DNA of 64,000 nt from Octopus bimaculoides. Lineage: Eukaryota. The position numbers and the translations under genes were made by a program. How positions within the stretch are numbered: position 1 is the first letter of the stretch; each line of letters opens with the position of its first letter. Below, piece after piece: positions 51,271 to 64,000 of this stretch. Under the pieces are notes generated by a model. It was given only the letters and a program-made list of their open reading frames with translations, made no database searches and was not told the origin of the DNA. Where the stretch lies: NCBI RefSeq assembly GCF_001194135.2, contig NC_068989.1, forward strand, positions 17,075,280-17,139,279. Reading direction: 5' to 3'.

Positions 51271-53000
51271 CTGGAGGAGGATTGAATGGAGATGACGTTT
51301 GCCCAAGCCCTCTGCGAGTGAGAGGCAGTAACCGCTTCAAAAGACCAAAGCTTAGAAAAATCGGACATTGGGAGTGTTAAGCTCATGATTGTAAGGATGT
51401 GGATTTTATTCAGAATCTACATCTTTACGAACATGAGCATAACACTCCTAATTACTCGACCCTGCACCTTACCGATTGGAGAAGTAGAAAATAGAATTAT
51501 ATTAATATTTAAGCATTTTGGAAAAGACAAAAGCAGATAAATAGTCACTAATGCACATAATTTTTTAATAATAAATCATAGTAGATGCAATCTAGCAATA
51601 TTTGAGGAAACAATAAAGCAAGAAAAATAATAAATAATTTAATACCTCCTAAAGCCGTAAAGATGCTCGGCATCTATTACAAATGCATTAAGCTACTGAG
51701 TTTCGTTTCTTTCGTTTCACAAAAAACTTTTGGAGATCGAATAAGCAAAATTGCTCCTCAGTCGGTAAATTAGCCACTCAGATCGACTCAGTTCAATTCT
51801 TTTACAAGAATTGGCCCAACTATCTGGTAAAACACCTCAATGTTAGACACTCCTTACTGTAACATAGACGATAACAATGTGTTTTTTTTCCATCAAACAA
51901 GTCGAAATGTTTGCTAGTATAAAATGAATACAGGCAAATGTTTATTTGTATGAGGAAGGTGAAAAAAAAAACTAGCCGTCATTCAGTAGCATTCACCATG
52001 CTTTCGCTTTAGGTGCCTCATCTCGGATCTCCTATCCTTAAACAGTAGAACATCGAGGATGTGACAATTGAAGGGGAAGAGGGCTGCACCAACACTGGAG
52101 CAGTACTCATTTCAGATGATTAAGACTAAGCAACGTGAAATGAAATATCTTGCTCAAAGACATAACACATCGCTCAGTGCAGGATCATGATCCCAACACA
52201 ACGTCAATCGCAAGCGTATAGATTACAGTCGATTAGAATTGCATCAAATCCTCTGAGCCATTAAAAATTAATAGTACAATGCAAATGAGAAAATTATTGT
52301 GATTATAAATGTTAGCAAAACTCACCTTAAGGTCTATATTTCATTCAATGCGAAGCGGTTACTGTTTGCTTTTCCTTCAAGTAACAACAGACATAATTCT
52401 ATCGTTGGATTTCGTAAATTGTCGGCTTCCAGCTCGAGGTTCTTTTTCAGTGTTTCACCTAAAGCCTTCCAGATTTCTTGATAATATCACTTCACTTTAC
52501 AACTTTTTGTTTTTGGTAATTTCAGAACAAAGAAACGAAACGAAAGAATTATTTGAATATGTCAAAGAAATGAACGATAATAGCAAGAACAATATTAGCA
52601 ACAACGACAGGAAAACGAACTGGATGACAAAAACAAGTTTCAATGGTCAACATATTCCATTTTATTTTATATCGTATTTGGTGAACTATAACACCGTTGT
52701 TTGCAGGTTACAAACAAGTGAGACAGGTTCAAAGCATCATTGACGACAAGAGTGACAGGTGAATATCTCTCTCAATGCAGAAAAAAATATTTCAGTGAAT
52801 TTCGTTTGTAAAGCATCGATTTTGGAGCTATGATCAATAATCTGTTCATACATACATACATACATACATACATGCATATATATATATATATATATANNNN
52901 NNNNNNNNNNNNNNNNNNNNNNNNNNNNNNNNNNNNNNNNNNNNNNNNNNNNNNNNNNNNNNNNNNNNNNNNNNNNNNNNNNNNNNNNNNNNNNNNNNNN

Positions 53001-53042
<42 letters not shown>

Positions 53043-54979
53043 ACACATATACAGCAGGCTTACGCACAGTTTCCGTCTCCCAAATTTCACTCCTGAGGTA
53101 ACGGTCAACACGAGAATAGAGCACGGGTTATTTGCTCAAAATGCTGTGCAGTGAAATGGAACCAGAACCATGTGCACGCAAATGGAACTTCTTATAACAA
53201 TGTCCCCGAATGTACGATAATTAGCAGCCAAATCATAAAACTGAAGTTTTGACTAATAAATATGTAATATACTAATCAGTAGGAACCGAAGTTGTCAGTA
53301 GAACGCTTACAGAATGTGGGATTTTACGTGTTGTGTGGCAGTTCTTGATTATGACACTCGAATAAGTGTTTACTTAGACAAACTGCTCATGAAGGAGCGT
53401 TGCATCTCGTAATCGACAGAATGCAAATACTTAATATCGTTACTTATAGCAGTTAATAAGTATAATGAGGAAGTACAATTTCAGATGGATAAAGTACTGG
53501 TGACGAATTGTAATTGTATTACTGGTCTAATATATTGTAGCTTATGAGACATTCACTATTAATGATGTATAGATTTTGAGATAGATTCCTATGTTAGAAA
53601 ACTATAGATGAATAATTTAACTAACGAATGAATGACTGAACAACATAAACGAATAAATAATTGCAACAACTTAATGATTACGATGGCAACCAAGTAAATG
53701 ATATCAATTTCATACTACCGGGTTGTTTATACATAATCGGAAAATCTTAAATGCCCCAAGTTTTGTTAATATCGTGTTTTGTTGAAATGATCGTTGAGTT
53801 AATGGTATTGCGTTTGGTCTCAGTAAACCGCCATAGAAATATAAGGTGATTATAAGTAATCAACATCAGGCTTGACAGCCTTCTCGTTCCATATCAACTC
53901 ACTATAGCAGCAGAGGCGATTCCGGCGTCAGGTGAAATTAATGGCTACAATTCAGCTATTTCTCAACATCCGGTCATTAAATCGCTCTTATAACGAATTG
54001 CCCCAAACCCAGGACATTATTTTTGTCACTAGTGAGTGCAACATTTAAAAATGAGTAAAAGCCTTAGTTTCAACGAGAGTGTACTCAAACTCCATCGATC
54101 TTGACAAGTCACTATTATGCCGTTCAGTTATTTGAAATTCTTTAACTCATATTTAAACTAATTCCAAGAGTATCCGCTTATGTTGTCCCGGTAACAGACT
54201 CCTCGGTTGTTAACACTTGTGTTGTTGTTCGCTACTGCAGAGTATACTGCAGAATTATATTGCTCCAAACTTGCTTGATTCGAGAATAGTGAACAGTCAT
54301 TCATGCAAAAAGTTTCTCCCAACAGAATAACGTCTTGACAAAAAATAAGGTATCTTTATTCTATATTCATTCAACGATAAGTAAAACAAAACTAAATACC
54401 TTATGTATACGATTGATAAATGTAAATATTTTGAGCACATTTTCATTTAGTTTTCTCCAAAGGAAGCCGATGAAAGCTTTGGATCAGTTTAATATTCACT
54501 TGTAAATGTTGAGGATGAGATAGTGGACTGAGCAAGGCATTAAACAACCAGTTGCAGCGCAGTAGTTTAATATTGTCTCTAAGTAGAATACTTAACATTA
54601 TCAACAATTGCAATTTACGCAGTTGTTGAAAATAATTACCAAATATGGAATTTAAAAAAAATATCTATGCCAGTGAGGAGAATGCGATAGGAAAGAGTCC
54701 AGAATATAATGTAAAGGATCAGGAATAAGTTTTGATGCGATGACGTTACGACGAACTTGACTCCTCATCTGCGTGCGGGGCTAGCTTGAAAGAAATTACC
54801 TGTGAACAAGAGGAAGTTAGCTATCAACTTCTAACATCGATAACAAATCTGTATTATTGATACACAAACACCCATACCCACACACATTCGTGCGTGCAGA
54901 CGTACGTACGTACGTACGTATGTATGTATGTATGTATGTATGTATGGTATGTATGTACGTACATTTATATGTATATATG

Positions 54980-55018
<39 letters not shown>

Positions 55019-55891
55019 ATGAATATATATATGCATGTATGTGTATGCATGTGTGAAAGTATGTGTGTGAGTGTGCGTGTGTGTGCGTTTTTAGTGAAGA
55101 TTAAGGCAAACAAAATTCTGTCGTCAGCGTTAATAATACAAATCTTTTTAGCCGAAGATTTCTTAACAGTTTTCTAATTATATTTACTATATACATATAA
55201 ATCGCTTAATATGGAACTTCGTACATTGAAACGGGAAAAAAGTCTTAACAAGAGCGATACTAAGAGCAACAATAACATTTACGAAAAGCAATTTCATTAA
55301 AACCAACAGAAACTAAAATAGGACAAATTGGTTTGCTTTGTTTGGTAAGATATGATAAGACAATTTTCTTCAGTATACGAATTGTCTTTCCAAAGACAAA
55401 AGCAACGAAGGGATTACTGCGCGCAGATTAATCTATTGTTGCTACTGTACGTTAGTCTATTGAAACTTAGAGATATTATTAATCTTGTTAATTATCTATG
55501 TGAAATGCCTATAATTTGCTTATCTACTGGGGAGCAATAAGAAATATAATAGCTGATTAGAATACATAGCAACAATAGAAATTGAAAAAGCATCTCCGAA
55601 AAACAATACAATATCTAATCTGAGACTTTAGTTTGTTTTGGAATATGGAAATGTGCATTCATAATATACAGGTGATTGTCATTTAAGATATGGCATTGCC
55701 ACTCAATGTTTACCTCTATCACTCTTGTAAAGAATGCAGACCAAATATCTAAGCTGACTTCTCACTGGTAGGACAGGAATAATCACTCGAAAAGCACCAA
55801 TACAGGATTCATAATCAATGTCTTGTCTGCCGGTAGTTTTATAAACGATTCTTCAAGATATTATCCAACAAACTAATTACACAAACACAAG

Positions 55892-55928
<37 letters not shown>

Positions 55929-56481
55929 NNNNNNNNNNNNNNNNNNNNNNNNNNNNNNNNNNNNNNNNNNNNNNNNNNNNNNNNNNNNNNNNNNNNNNNN
56001 NNNNNNNNNNNNNNNNNNNNNNNNNNNNNNNNNNNNNNNNNNNNNNNNNNNNNNNNNNNNNNNNNNNNNNNNNNNNNNNNNNNNNNNNNNNNNNNNNNNN
56101 NNNNNNNNNNNNNNNNNNNNNNNNNNNNNNNNNNNNNNNNNNNNNNNNNNNNNNNNNNNNNNNNNNNNNNNNNNNNNNNNNNNNNNNNNNNNNNNNNNNN
56201 NNNNNNNNNNNNNNNNNNNNNNNNNNNNNNNNNNNNNNNNNNNNNNNNNNNNNNNNNNNNNNNNNNNNNNNNNNNNNNNNNNNNNNNNNNNNNNNNNNNN
56301 NNNNNNNNNNNNNNNNNNNNNNNNNNNNNNNNNNNNNNNNNNNNNNNNNNNNNNNNNNNNNNNNNNNNNNNNNNNNNNNNNNNNNNNNNNNNNNNNNNNN
56401 NNNNNNNNNNNNNNNNNNNNNNNNNNNNNNNNNNNNNNNNNNNNNNNNNNNNNNNNNNNNNNNNNNNNNNNNNNNNNNNNN

Positions 56482-56547
<66 letters not shown>

Positions 56548-56914
56548 GCAATGCCTACCACATCAATAGCCCCAGTGTCTTCCCTTAAAAAATTCAACAA
56601 AAAACAAAAACAAAAAGAACTGCTTAAATAGATGCCATGAGCGATAATAGCAGAGAAACAGCAACTGCTGCATTCTAACTGACTTCAAGTATCCGTCCTC
56701 ACCGTGGCCACCACAAAAATAGACAGGCGTGCAAGAATAAACTGAGTACTAGCGAAATTGCAATGTGTCCGTATTGTCAAACAGGCATCTTCTACGCACC
56801 ATCAGTTCATGTTAGACTATTCAAGCTGGTCCTTGGGTGACCGAGACATAGAATAGCTGAGAAGATAGATCTGTGGGTCGCTTTTCATTGTTTAACCGAT
56901 TGGATCTGTTTGGC

Positions 56915-56970
56915 CATCTGTGGGATATATAACATCTGTGGGATATATAACATCTGTGGGATATATAACA
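56915..56970 (+). repeat. 18-bp tandem repeat x3 (CATCTGTGGGATATATAA)
   Basis: Three exact copies. Confidence 0.9.
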
Positions 56971-57925
56971 AAACCAACACCAACAACAATAACAATAACA
57001 TTAACACCATAGAACTAGTCAAACCTCAGATATTGTACATAACCACGACCCGATACTGTAACATGTAACACAACTCCCGCAACACATTGGAAACACAATC
57101 GTTTCTCAATAATATAATTTACATCGCAACAGAAGAAAGACGAATCATCAAAGTGTTACTAGAGGTAGCAATACAAACTCTACAACAAAACAGAACAAAC
57201 GTAGCATATCATGAAGACCATCAGGCAATGCTGTACACGCCTCAGCAACAAAGTGGTGTAACTGGTTGTGTAGTAGAAAACTTTAAGAAAAAATAGCTAG
57301 GAAAATTGACAAACTATATAACAACAAGGCAGACTGAACTAAAGAGAGGAACATAATAGAGAAAAATAACACAAAACAATAACAGTAGGAATACAAATCC
57401 ACGAAGGCAGAAAGACCTCACAACTGATGAAATCTACTAGTTAGCAACATGGATATTTAATCGAAGTAACGTCTCTGATGTATCAACAAAGAGGAATGAA
57501 CATGGTCCCTTGACCTGTTTAAAATAGCAGTAACCAATCTCTCTGGAATTACTCCCGGTCGTCTAAAAAACAAAAGAGATCATATTATGTTCTCCTAGCT
57601 ATGCAGTACCAGAATAAACGGTAGGTTTTTATTTTACAACAGGAACACCTCTTAACATAGATTAAAATTGAACTGGAGGTAAGCAAAAACAATAACAAGC
57701 AATGGTTAATTCGATAACACCAAATAAAAATCTGTTCAACGTTTCTGGTTGAAACAATTAACAGTATCCCTGTCTATGTACTTAGGCAAGTGATGGATGA
57801 TATATATAAATATATATGATATATATAAATATATAAATGAATGATATATAAATTGTAATGTATGATACTTATAAGGAAAATGCATTAATATAATCAGCCA
57901 CCGATGTTACAGATGAATCACTTAC

Positions 57926-58051
57926 CTGCCTACCTTGTACAAAGTTTTCACGTCATGTTTCAATAAAGGAATATATGAAATTCTTGAAATAACAATGTTC
58001 TTCCTAGAGAACATGACTTTCTTTTCAAGTATGGATGTGAAAGTAGTTGTA
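57926..58051 (-). other. Exon candidate (126 nt; open only in the phase 2-2 frame TTTFTSILEKKVMFSRKNIVISRISYIPLLKHDVKTLYKVGR); coding or 5' leader
   Basis: Acceptor tttttcgtttttctttttag| and donor CAG|GTAAGT, both near consensus. Confidence 0.4.
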
Positions 58052-58379
58052 CTAAAAAGAAAAACGAAAAATCATATACTTAATGAATCAATTCTTGATC
58101 AATATAACACTGGCATAACATGCGTCAAAATAGAAAAAGCATTTGTTTATATATCGATTATTGTAAAACATTCGATATTGTTCTTCATAGTTTTCTGCTG
58201 AAGGCGACCATGTCGTAAGGCAACGGCTAAAATACGAGAAGCTCCCTTGAGATACTTTAAGAGTATGGTTATGTACAGTCATGTTTAACATGTTAGAGTA
58301 CATTCGAGTATGGAAAGACAATACGCTGCAGAGAAGAAATTCGAGAGAAAAATTCTCAGTATAATTTCATCAATTGATG

Positions 58380-58720
58380 AAGCATAACGACACAGAAACG
58401 TACGTCCTACGGGGTGACGTCATTCATGGCCTCCCGCTGTATTTACACACATTGTCTTAAAGGAGAATTTCTTCTCTCGAGAAAACTTGTATAGCGTATT
58501 GTTTTTCCATGTCTGAAAGCACACCAACATGTTAAATAAGACTTTGCATAAGAGTATTTCATTCAACGCTGTTTTGTGCGCCTTTAATTAATTTCTCCCA
58601 GCTTGACAAAGCTTTTCACACATCAGCAAATATACCATTTACTCTTCTTATATACGAGCGACCAGCTGTCAGAGATCGTAAACGACGACTCGTTGCTGAT
58701 AAATCGCAACGACGTAGAAA
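58380..58720. promoter_or_regulatory. CpG-rich patch with a perfect CRE palindrome TGACGTCA (58415-58422)
   Basis: Direct motif; lies just upstream of the 58051-57926 minus-strand exon candidate. Confidence 0.25.
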
Positions 58721-59384
58721 TGCATGTGTGTATGTGTATCTGGTAGAACGTATATGCGTATGTTATGTGCGTGCTTTTATGTGTGTTTTTGCTCTTCGTT
58801 GTTTTAGCGTACTGTGATTTAAATTTTGTTAACTTTCTTAATTTTCTTTTCCTTCCTTTACTTGCTGCTCTAGATAAACGGTATTTTATTGTAATTTTTC
58901 ATATTGACGTTCTCCAGGATATTTTACCACATGCTCAGTGCTTTTTAATCTAGCCATTAGTTGTGTGATCATTGACGATTTGAGAAATCGTTAAACTGTA
59001 CTTTAGTATTAATTATCCTTCTTGTTTATAAATTCAAACGTACATACGCAAGCTTGCATGCACGCACACGCACACACACACACACGCGAACACATATGTA
59101 CACATATACGCATACATGCACGCACACATACATGCGCAAACATATACACGTATATACTCGTGTCCAAGCATGTGTGTATATATTATATGTATATGTAATT
59201 AAATGTTAGGTACCGATCTGGAGAAGTGCTCAACAAAATGGCGATTGCAGTAATATATTCATTTAGGTCAATGCAAAATCACTGCACTGGTCTAAATAAG
59301 CTACACACACACGCATAATTACACATACACACATACATATAACGTAAGTACATATTTACATATCCTTATTTTTGTCTGTGTTTG

Positions 59385-59480
<96 letters not shown>

Positions 59481-60331
59481 ACTTTCAGTTTATTTCTCTC
59501 TGAGGAAACTCAACGCGTGGAAGCTCCACTCCAGAATAACATTCCACATGACCAACTGACATAAAATATACGTACTTACATACATATATACACAAATACC
59601 AACACATCAATATTGGCCGAACATTCCCATCATAACATCTGTCAAGTGTTAAACGTAACAGGCCGTATATTGTATGTACCGTCATAGAGATCATCTGATG
59701 TGTATATCTCTTTGAAAATCAAAGAGAACGGGGATAAATATGAACAACTGCTTCGAAATCGCCAGCTTCTATATCCAGATTATAAATTCACATTTATACC
59801 AATGATAATTGGTTTTGTGAATAAATGCTCAACTGAGTTAAGGTTTTGTGAGTAAATACCTAAACGACAATCTAGATAAGCTAGAAATCAACCAGTTGAC
59901 TCGCATATCACAAATACAATCTGTGAGGAGAGCAGTAAAGATATGCAAGACTTTTCTCAGTATGCTAAAAGTTAAAATGTGACATTGCTTTTGTTATCTA
60001 CTTTCCAGCAATGGAGACTTCTATCTTTGTTAGGAACTAACTTCTTCTTTACGTGAAGGATTTAAATAATGAAAAAACAAAACAGAAGAGAACATACATA
60101 CATACATGCATACACACACACGCAAACATACATACACACACATATATATCTCTCTATATATATATGTATGCATGTATGTATATGTATGTATGTATGTATG
60201 TATGTGTGCATGCACATATATGCAGATAGAAAGAAAGAGTGAGAGAGAAAAATTCTCAGTTATAAAACTATATGTTCATGAGTGAATGTGGGAAATAGAT
60301 GTTACACATTCCTACGAACACACGTATAAAC

Positions 60332-61030
60332 ACTCACTCACTCACTCACTCACTCACTCACTCACTCACTCACTCACCCACTCACCCATTCACTCACTCA
60401 CCCACTCACTCACACACTCACTCACTCACTCACTCACTCACTCACTCACTCACTCACTCACTCACTCACTCACCCACTCACCCATTCACTCACCCATTCA
60501 CTCACTCACCCANNNNNNNNNNNNNNNNNNNNNNNNNNNNNNNNNNNNNNNNNNNNNNNNNNNNNNNNNNNNNNNNNNNNNNNNNNNNNNNNNNNNNNNN
60601 NNNNNNNNNNNNNNNNNNNNNNNNNNNNNNNNNNNNNNNNNNNNNNNNNNNNNNNNNNNNNNNNNNNNNNNNNNNNNNNNNNNNNNNNNNNNNNNNNNNN
60701 NNNNNNNNNNNNNNNNNNNNNNNNNNNNNNNNNNNNNNNNNNNNNNNNNNNNNNNNNNNNNNNNNNNNNNNNNNNNNNNNNNNNNNNNCACTCACTCACT
60801 CACTCACTCACTCACTCACTCACCCACTCACCCATTCACTCACTCACCCACTCACTCACACACTCACTCACTCACACACTCACTCCCTCACTCACTCACT
60901 CACCCACTCACTCACTTACCCATTCACTCACTCACCCACTCACTCACTCACTCACTCACTCACTCACTTACTCACTCACTCACTCCCTCCCTCCCTTCCT
61001 CCCTCAGTCACTCATTCACTCACTCACTCG
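60332..61030. repeat. (ACTC)n tract spanning a gap
   Basis: Direct reading; explains the THSL ORFs in the track. Confidence 0.95.
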
Positions 61031-61319
61031 GTCACACCCACATCTGCACACACGTGCAAACACACACATAGCATGCAACCAAATTGTTTACTTGTCTGCA
61101 CTCATCAACGCAGTGATGCGAACAAGGTTGTTTGCATGAAATCGTTAGATATGGTCTTATAATCGTTTGTATCTTCGACACATACAACAGGCTTGACATA
61201 CTTTTTAACAGAGAATTTATTGATTTTTTTTCTTGCTTTTGTATGATAAATTAAATATAATACATCTATCTGACTGTATACCTAAACAGGCAACTATCTG
61301 TGTATGTATCTATGTGTCT

Positions 61320-61540
61320 CTTCAATTTTTTAACTATTATAAATCTTCCACTCAGGAAGGAACCGGTTTCCAACAAAGATACAAGGCTCTATCTTTCGGA
61401 TGTTGTTAACACAGACAAATACCCATTTGGAACTTGAGAAGAGTCTTGCATATTTTTACTCTCCCACTTACAGATTGGACTTATAACGTATGAATCAGCC
61501 GGTCAATTTCTCTTTCTGAAAATCCCAGTTTATCCAATAT
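61320..61540 (-). mobile_element. RLE-LINE 3' end, same family as 3241-4150
   Basis: Clearly similar to 3250-3480 (aaatcttccact..ggaa..ccggtttccaacaaagatacaaggctc...ctttctgaaaatcccagtttatccaat); ends in GAGAC plus a degenerate CATA tract. Confidence 0.75.
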
Positions 61541-61894
61541 TTGCGCCACTAATGAACAACCCAACTTTAGAATTTTTCCCTTCTATAAATTCAGGAATCA
61601 TGCAACCTATAATCAGCGCATTAGCAAAGAAGCATATTTTATCGCAAAATATAAACCTATTTTGAATGCTTCCACCACAGATGAAACTTACTACAAGAAT
61701 TTAGAATAATTCCAACTACTACTACTACGACCACAACAGGACACTTTTAGGTCATTTGACCATTAAAGAAGATTCCGCGAACAGTCTACTGTGTCACACC
61801 ACTCCTGTATTTTATTTTCTTTCTCTTTCTTCCTCTTCTTTCTCTACTTCTACTTCTCTTCCTTCTTCATCTTCTCCCCCTCCTTCTCCATCTT

Positions 61895-62122
61895 TCTCTT
61901 CTTCTTCTTCTTCTTCTTCTTCTTCTTCTTCTTCTTCTTCTTCTTCTTCTTCTTCTTCTTCTTCTTCTTCTTCTTCTTCTTCTTCTTCTTCTTCTTCTTC
62001 TTCTTCTTCTTCTCCCTCAGCTGCTCCTGCTTAAACCATCAATTCTCTGTACTCTTAAAACTATTCCTTCAGATTTACTACCTACCTACCTACCTACCTA
62101 CCTACCTACCTACCTACCTACC
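61895..62122. repeat. (TTC)n tract followed by a (CCTA)n tract
   Basis: Direct reading. Confidence 0.95.
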
Positions 62123-62249
62123 GAGCATTCACAAAGGAAGAGAGCGAAAGACAGATAGGCTATTTGGAGACTATGGAAATATTTACCTATTTGAAAACTA
62201 TGGAAATATTTACAAAATATTTCACTTAATTTTGATTCTGTCGACTACA

Positions 62250-63055
62250 CAGTATAGTAGGGTCAGTTAGGTACCGTGTGTGAGAAAAACAGCACCATGA
62301 CGCAATTCACCCTGTCAGAAATTTGGAAATGACATGCTGTATTGCTTGGCATTCGCGCCGGAAGCTCCAATACGAGCATCTCAGAATGTCTGGGTGTCAA
62401 TGTGAAAACAGTGCAATCTGAGGACATGTACCGAGAGTGATAAAAATCAAACATCCAGGCAACATCATAGTGTTTGTAGTGATCACTAGTGATGGCGACA
62501 TTATGACTCCGTTCATCTTCCCACAGGCCACAGACTCAACACGGAAGCCCACATCAAGGATCTGGAGGAGGTAGTGTTGCCCTGGGTCAAGCAGGTGGCT
62601 GTTGGAAGACCCTATGTCTGACAACAGGACTCTACACCATGCCACACAAGCAGAAAAACCCAGTCATGGCTGTCAGACAATTTCTGCGACCACATCATCT
62701 CTAGCATCTGGCCACCTAACTCATCAGACTGCAACTCCCTTGATTATTATGTGTGGGGCGCAGTTGAGCGAGAGACCAAAACACTCCTTGTAACACCAAA
62801 GATGAACTGAAGGTAAGGATTATGACAGCATCCACCAACTTAAACAAGGAGACCATCCAGAAGAGTTGCAACAGATTCCGAAGTTGTCTGGAGGCCGTGG
62901 TTGAAACCAATGACAATTTTATTGAATAAATGTACTCTTTAGTATTTAAAGATGTTTTTATGTAATTTGGATAAATATATCTGTTAAAATAAGATATCAA
63001 GTGTTATTTTCACTATTGCGTAATTTGGACGACAGCTTATTCACCGCACTCTGTA
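62250..63055 (+). mobile_element. Tc1/mariner-superfamily (maT/DD37D-like) transposase relic with right end
   Basis: Disrupted translation KHPGNIIVFVVITSDGDIM.PFIF..LEEVVLPWVKQVA.GRPYV*QQDSTPCHTSRKTQSWLSDNF..WPPNSSDCNSLDYYVWGAVERET..RFRSCLEAVVE. Ends cttattcaccgcactctg|TA. Confidence 0.85.
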
Positions 63056-63439
63056 TGTATATATTATAGAAAGATAGATCTACATACCTATAGCTTGTGC
63101 TCGTGCACACACAAAAACACACACATACACACGCACACGTATATATATACATACTCATATACCCCACCCCACGTATATATGAATAATAATCATACAATAA
63201 TCGTTAACGACAGCTTAGCTTATCTCGGTCAAACACCTCGTCTTCGTATAGAGTTAAGATAAGTTAACCGAGATGGAGTGGACAGCCTCCCCCCCACCAG
63301 ACAACTGACTACGCCGGAAATCCCAGTTACGGAAAGTAAATGAACTGAAATTGCTAGACCATTATTCATAATCAATAATATTATAAATAATATTAGTAAT
63401 AATAATTCATTTTATGGGCATAATGCTTGCAAATTTGAG

Positions 63440-63852
63440 GGTAGAAGCCAATCGATAACATCGTTCTGAGTACTTGACTGGTGCTTTCTTATCGACCCCG
63501 AATGGATGAAAGTCAAAGTCAACCTCTGGGTAATTTGAACTCAGAATATAGAGCGGGACAAAATACCGTAAGGCAATTTTTCCGATGTTCTAGCAACTCA
63601 ACCAGCTCGCCAGCTTAACAACAAAATACAACTATAATAATTCTTTCTGCGATAGGCAGGGGGACAGAAATTTTGGGGCAGGAGCAAGTCGATTACATAG
63701 ACCCCAATGCTCAACTAGTACTTAGTTCATCAACACCGAAACTGATGAAAGGCAAAGTCGACCTCGGCGGAATTTGAACTCAAAATATAAAGACGGAGAA
63801 ATGCCGCGAAGCATTTTGTCCGATGCTCTAGCAATTTTACAAGCTCGCCGTC
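63440..63852 (-). mobile_element. Two head-to-tail SINE family B copies
   Basis: Both carry atcgaccccg/aacaccgaa..gatgaaag.caaagtc..cctc.g.g.aatttgaactca...agctcgcc; unit spacing about 240 bp. Confidence 0.8.
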
Positions 63853-64000
63853 TTAACAAAAACAACATTAATGACTTCTTTGTGGACTACTAAAAGTTTG
63901 CATAATGGTTGACGACGGTACAGGACGATACTATAACAATATGGTATGGGGTTACATGAAGGAGTGTAAGCAGTAAAATAGCAAAAACAACGAAACAAAA

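Noticed and set aside
56980-57480. Possible GIY-YIG/Penelope ORF remnant
   Set aside because: A-rich with only vague similarity; no diagnostic motif and no intact hammerhead.
1961-62270. Many track ORFs rich in YI, CV, HT, ER, SL, YLSI or THSL repeats, or X
   Set aside because: Translations of microsatellites and N-gaps.

Overview
Eukaryotic, AT-rich, draft-quality genomic DNA with about 15 N-gaps, most of them flanked by microsatellites. The dense CA/TA/GA/TACA/TATC/ACTC microsatellites and several tRNA-headed SINE families match what is known of Octopus genomes; the species is inferred, not shown. One well-supported multi-exon gene lies on the minus strand. Its phase-consistent GT-AG exons are 39910-39814 (tentative), 37618-37424, 36039-35874, 34253-34111 and a giant 3.9-kb exon 32660-28777, giving about 1454-1494 aa. 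The small N-terminal domain resembles the FAM216 family (recalled from memory, needs an HMM search). It is followed by about 1290 aa of Asp/Asn/Glu/Ser/Thr-rich, probably disordered sequence with DGDGNRR repeats. The rest is mostly decayed mobile DNA: RLE-type (R4/Dong-like) LINE 3' fragments associated with TACA microsatellites (one nested with a 12-bp TSD), an L1/Tx1-like fragment, a CR1/L2-like fragment, two Tc1/mariner transposase relics, a pogo/Tigger-like end, two abutting long inverted-repeat elements and many SINEs. A minimal hammerhead-ribozyme-like motif of the Penelope-like-element type sits at 5854-5889. Several orphan exon candidates on both sides of the main gene could not be assembled. 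No CRISPR array, rRNA or true tRNA gene was found.
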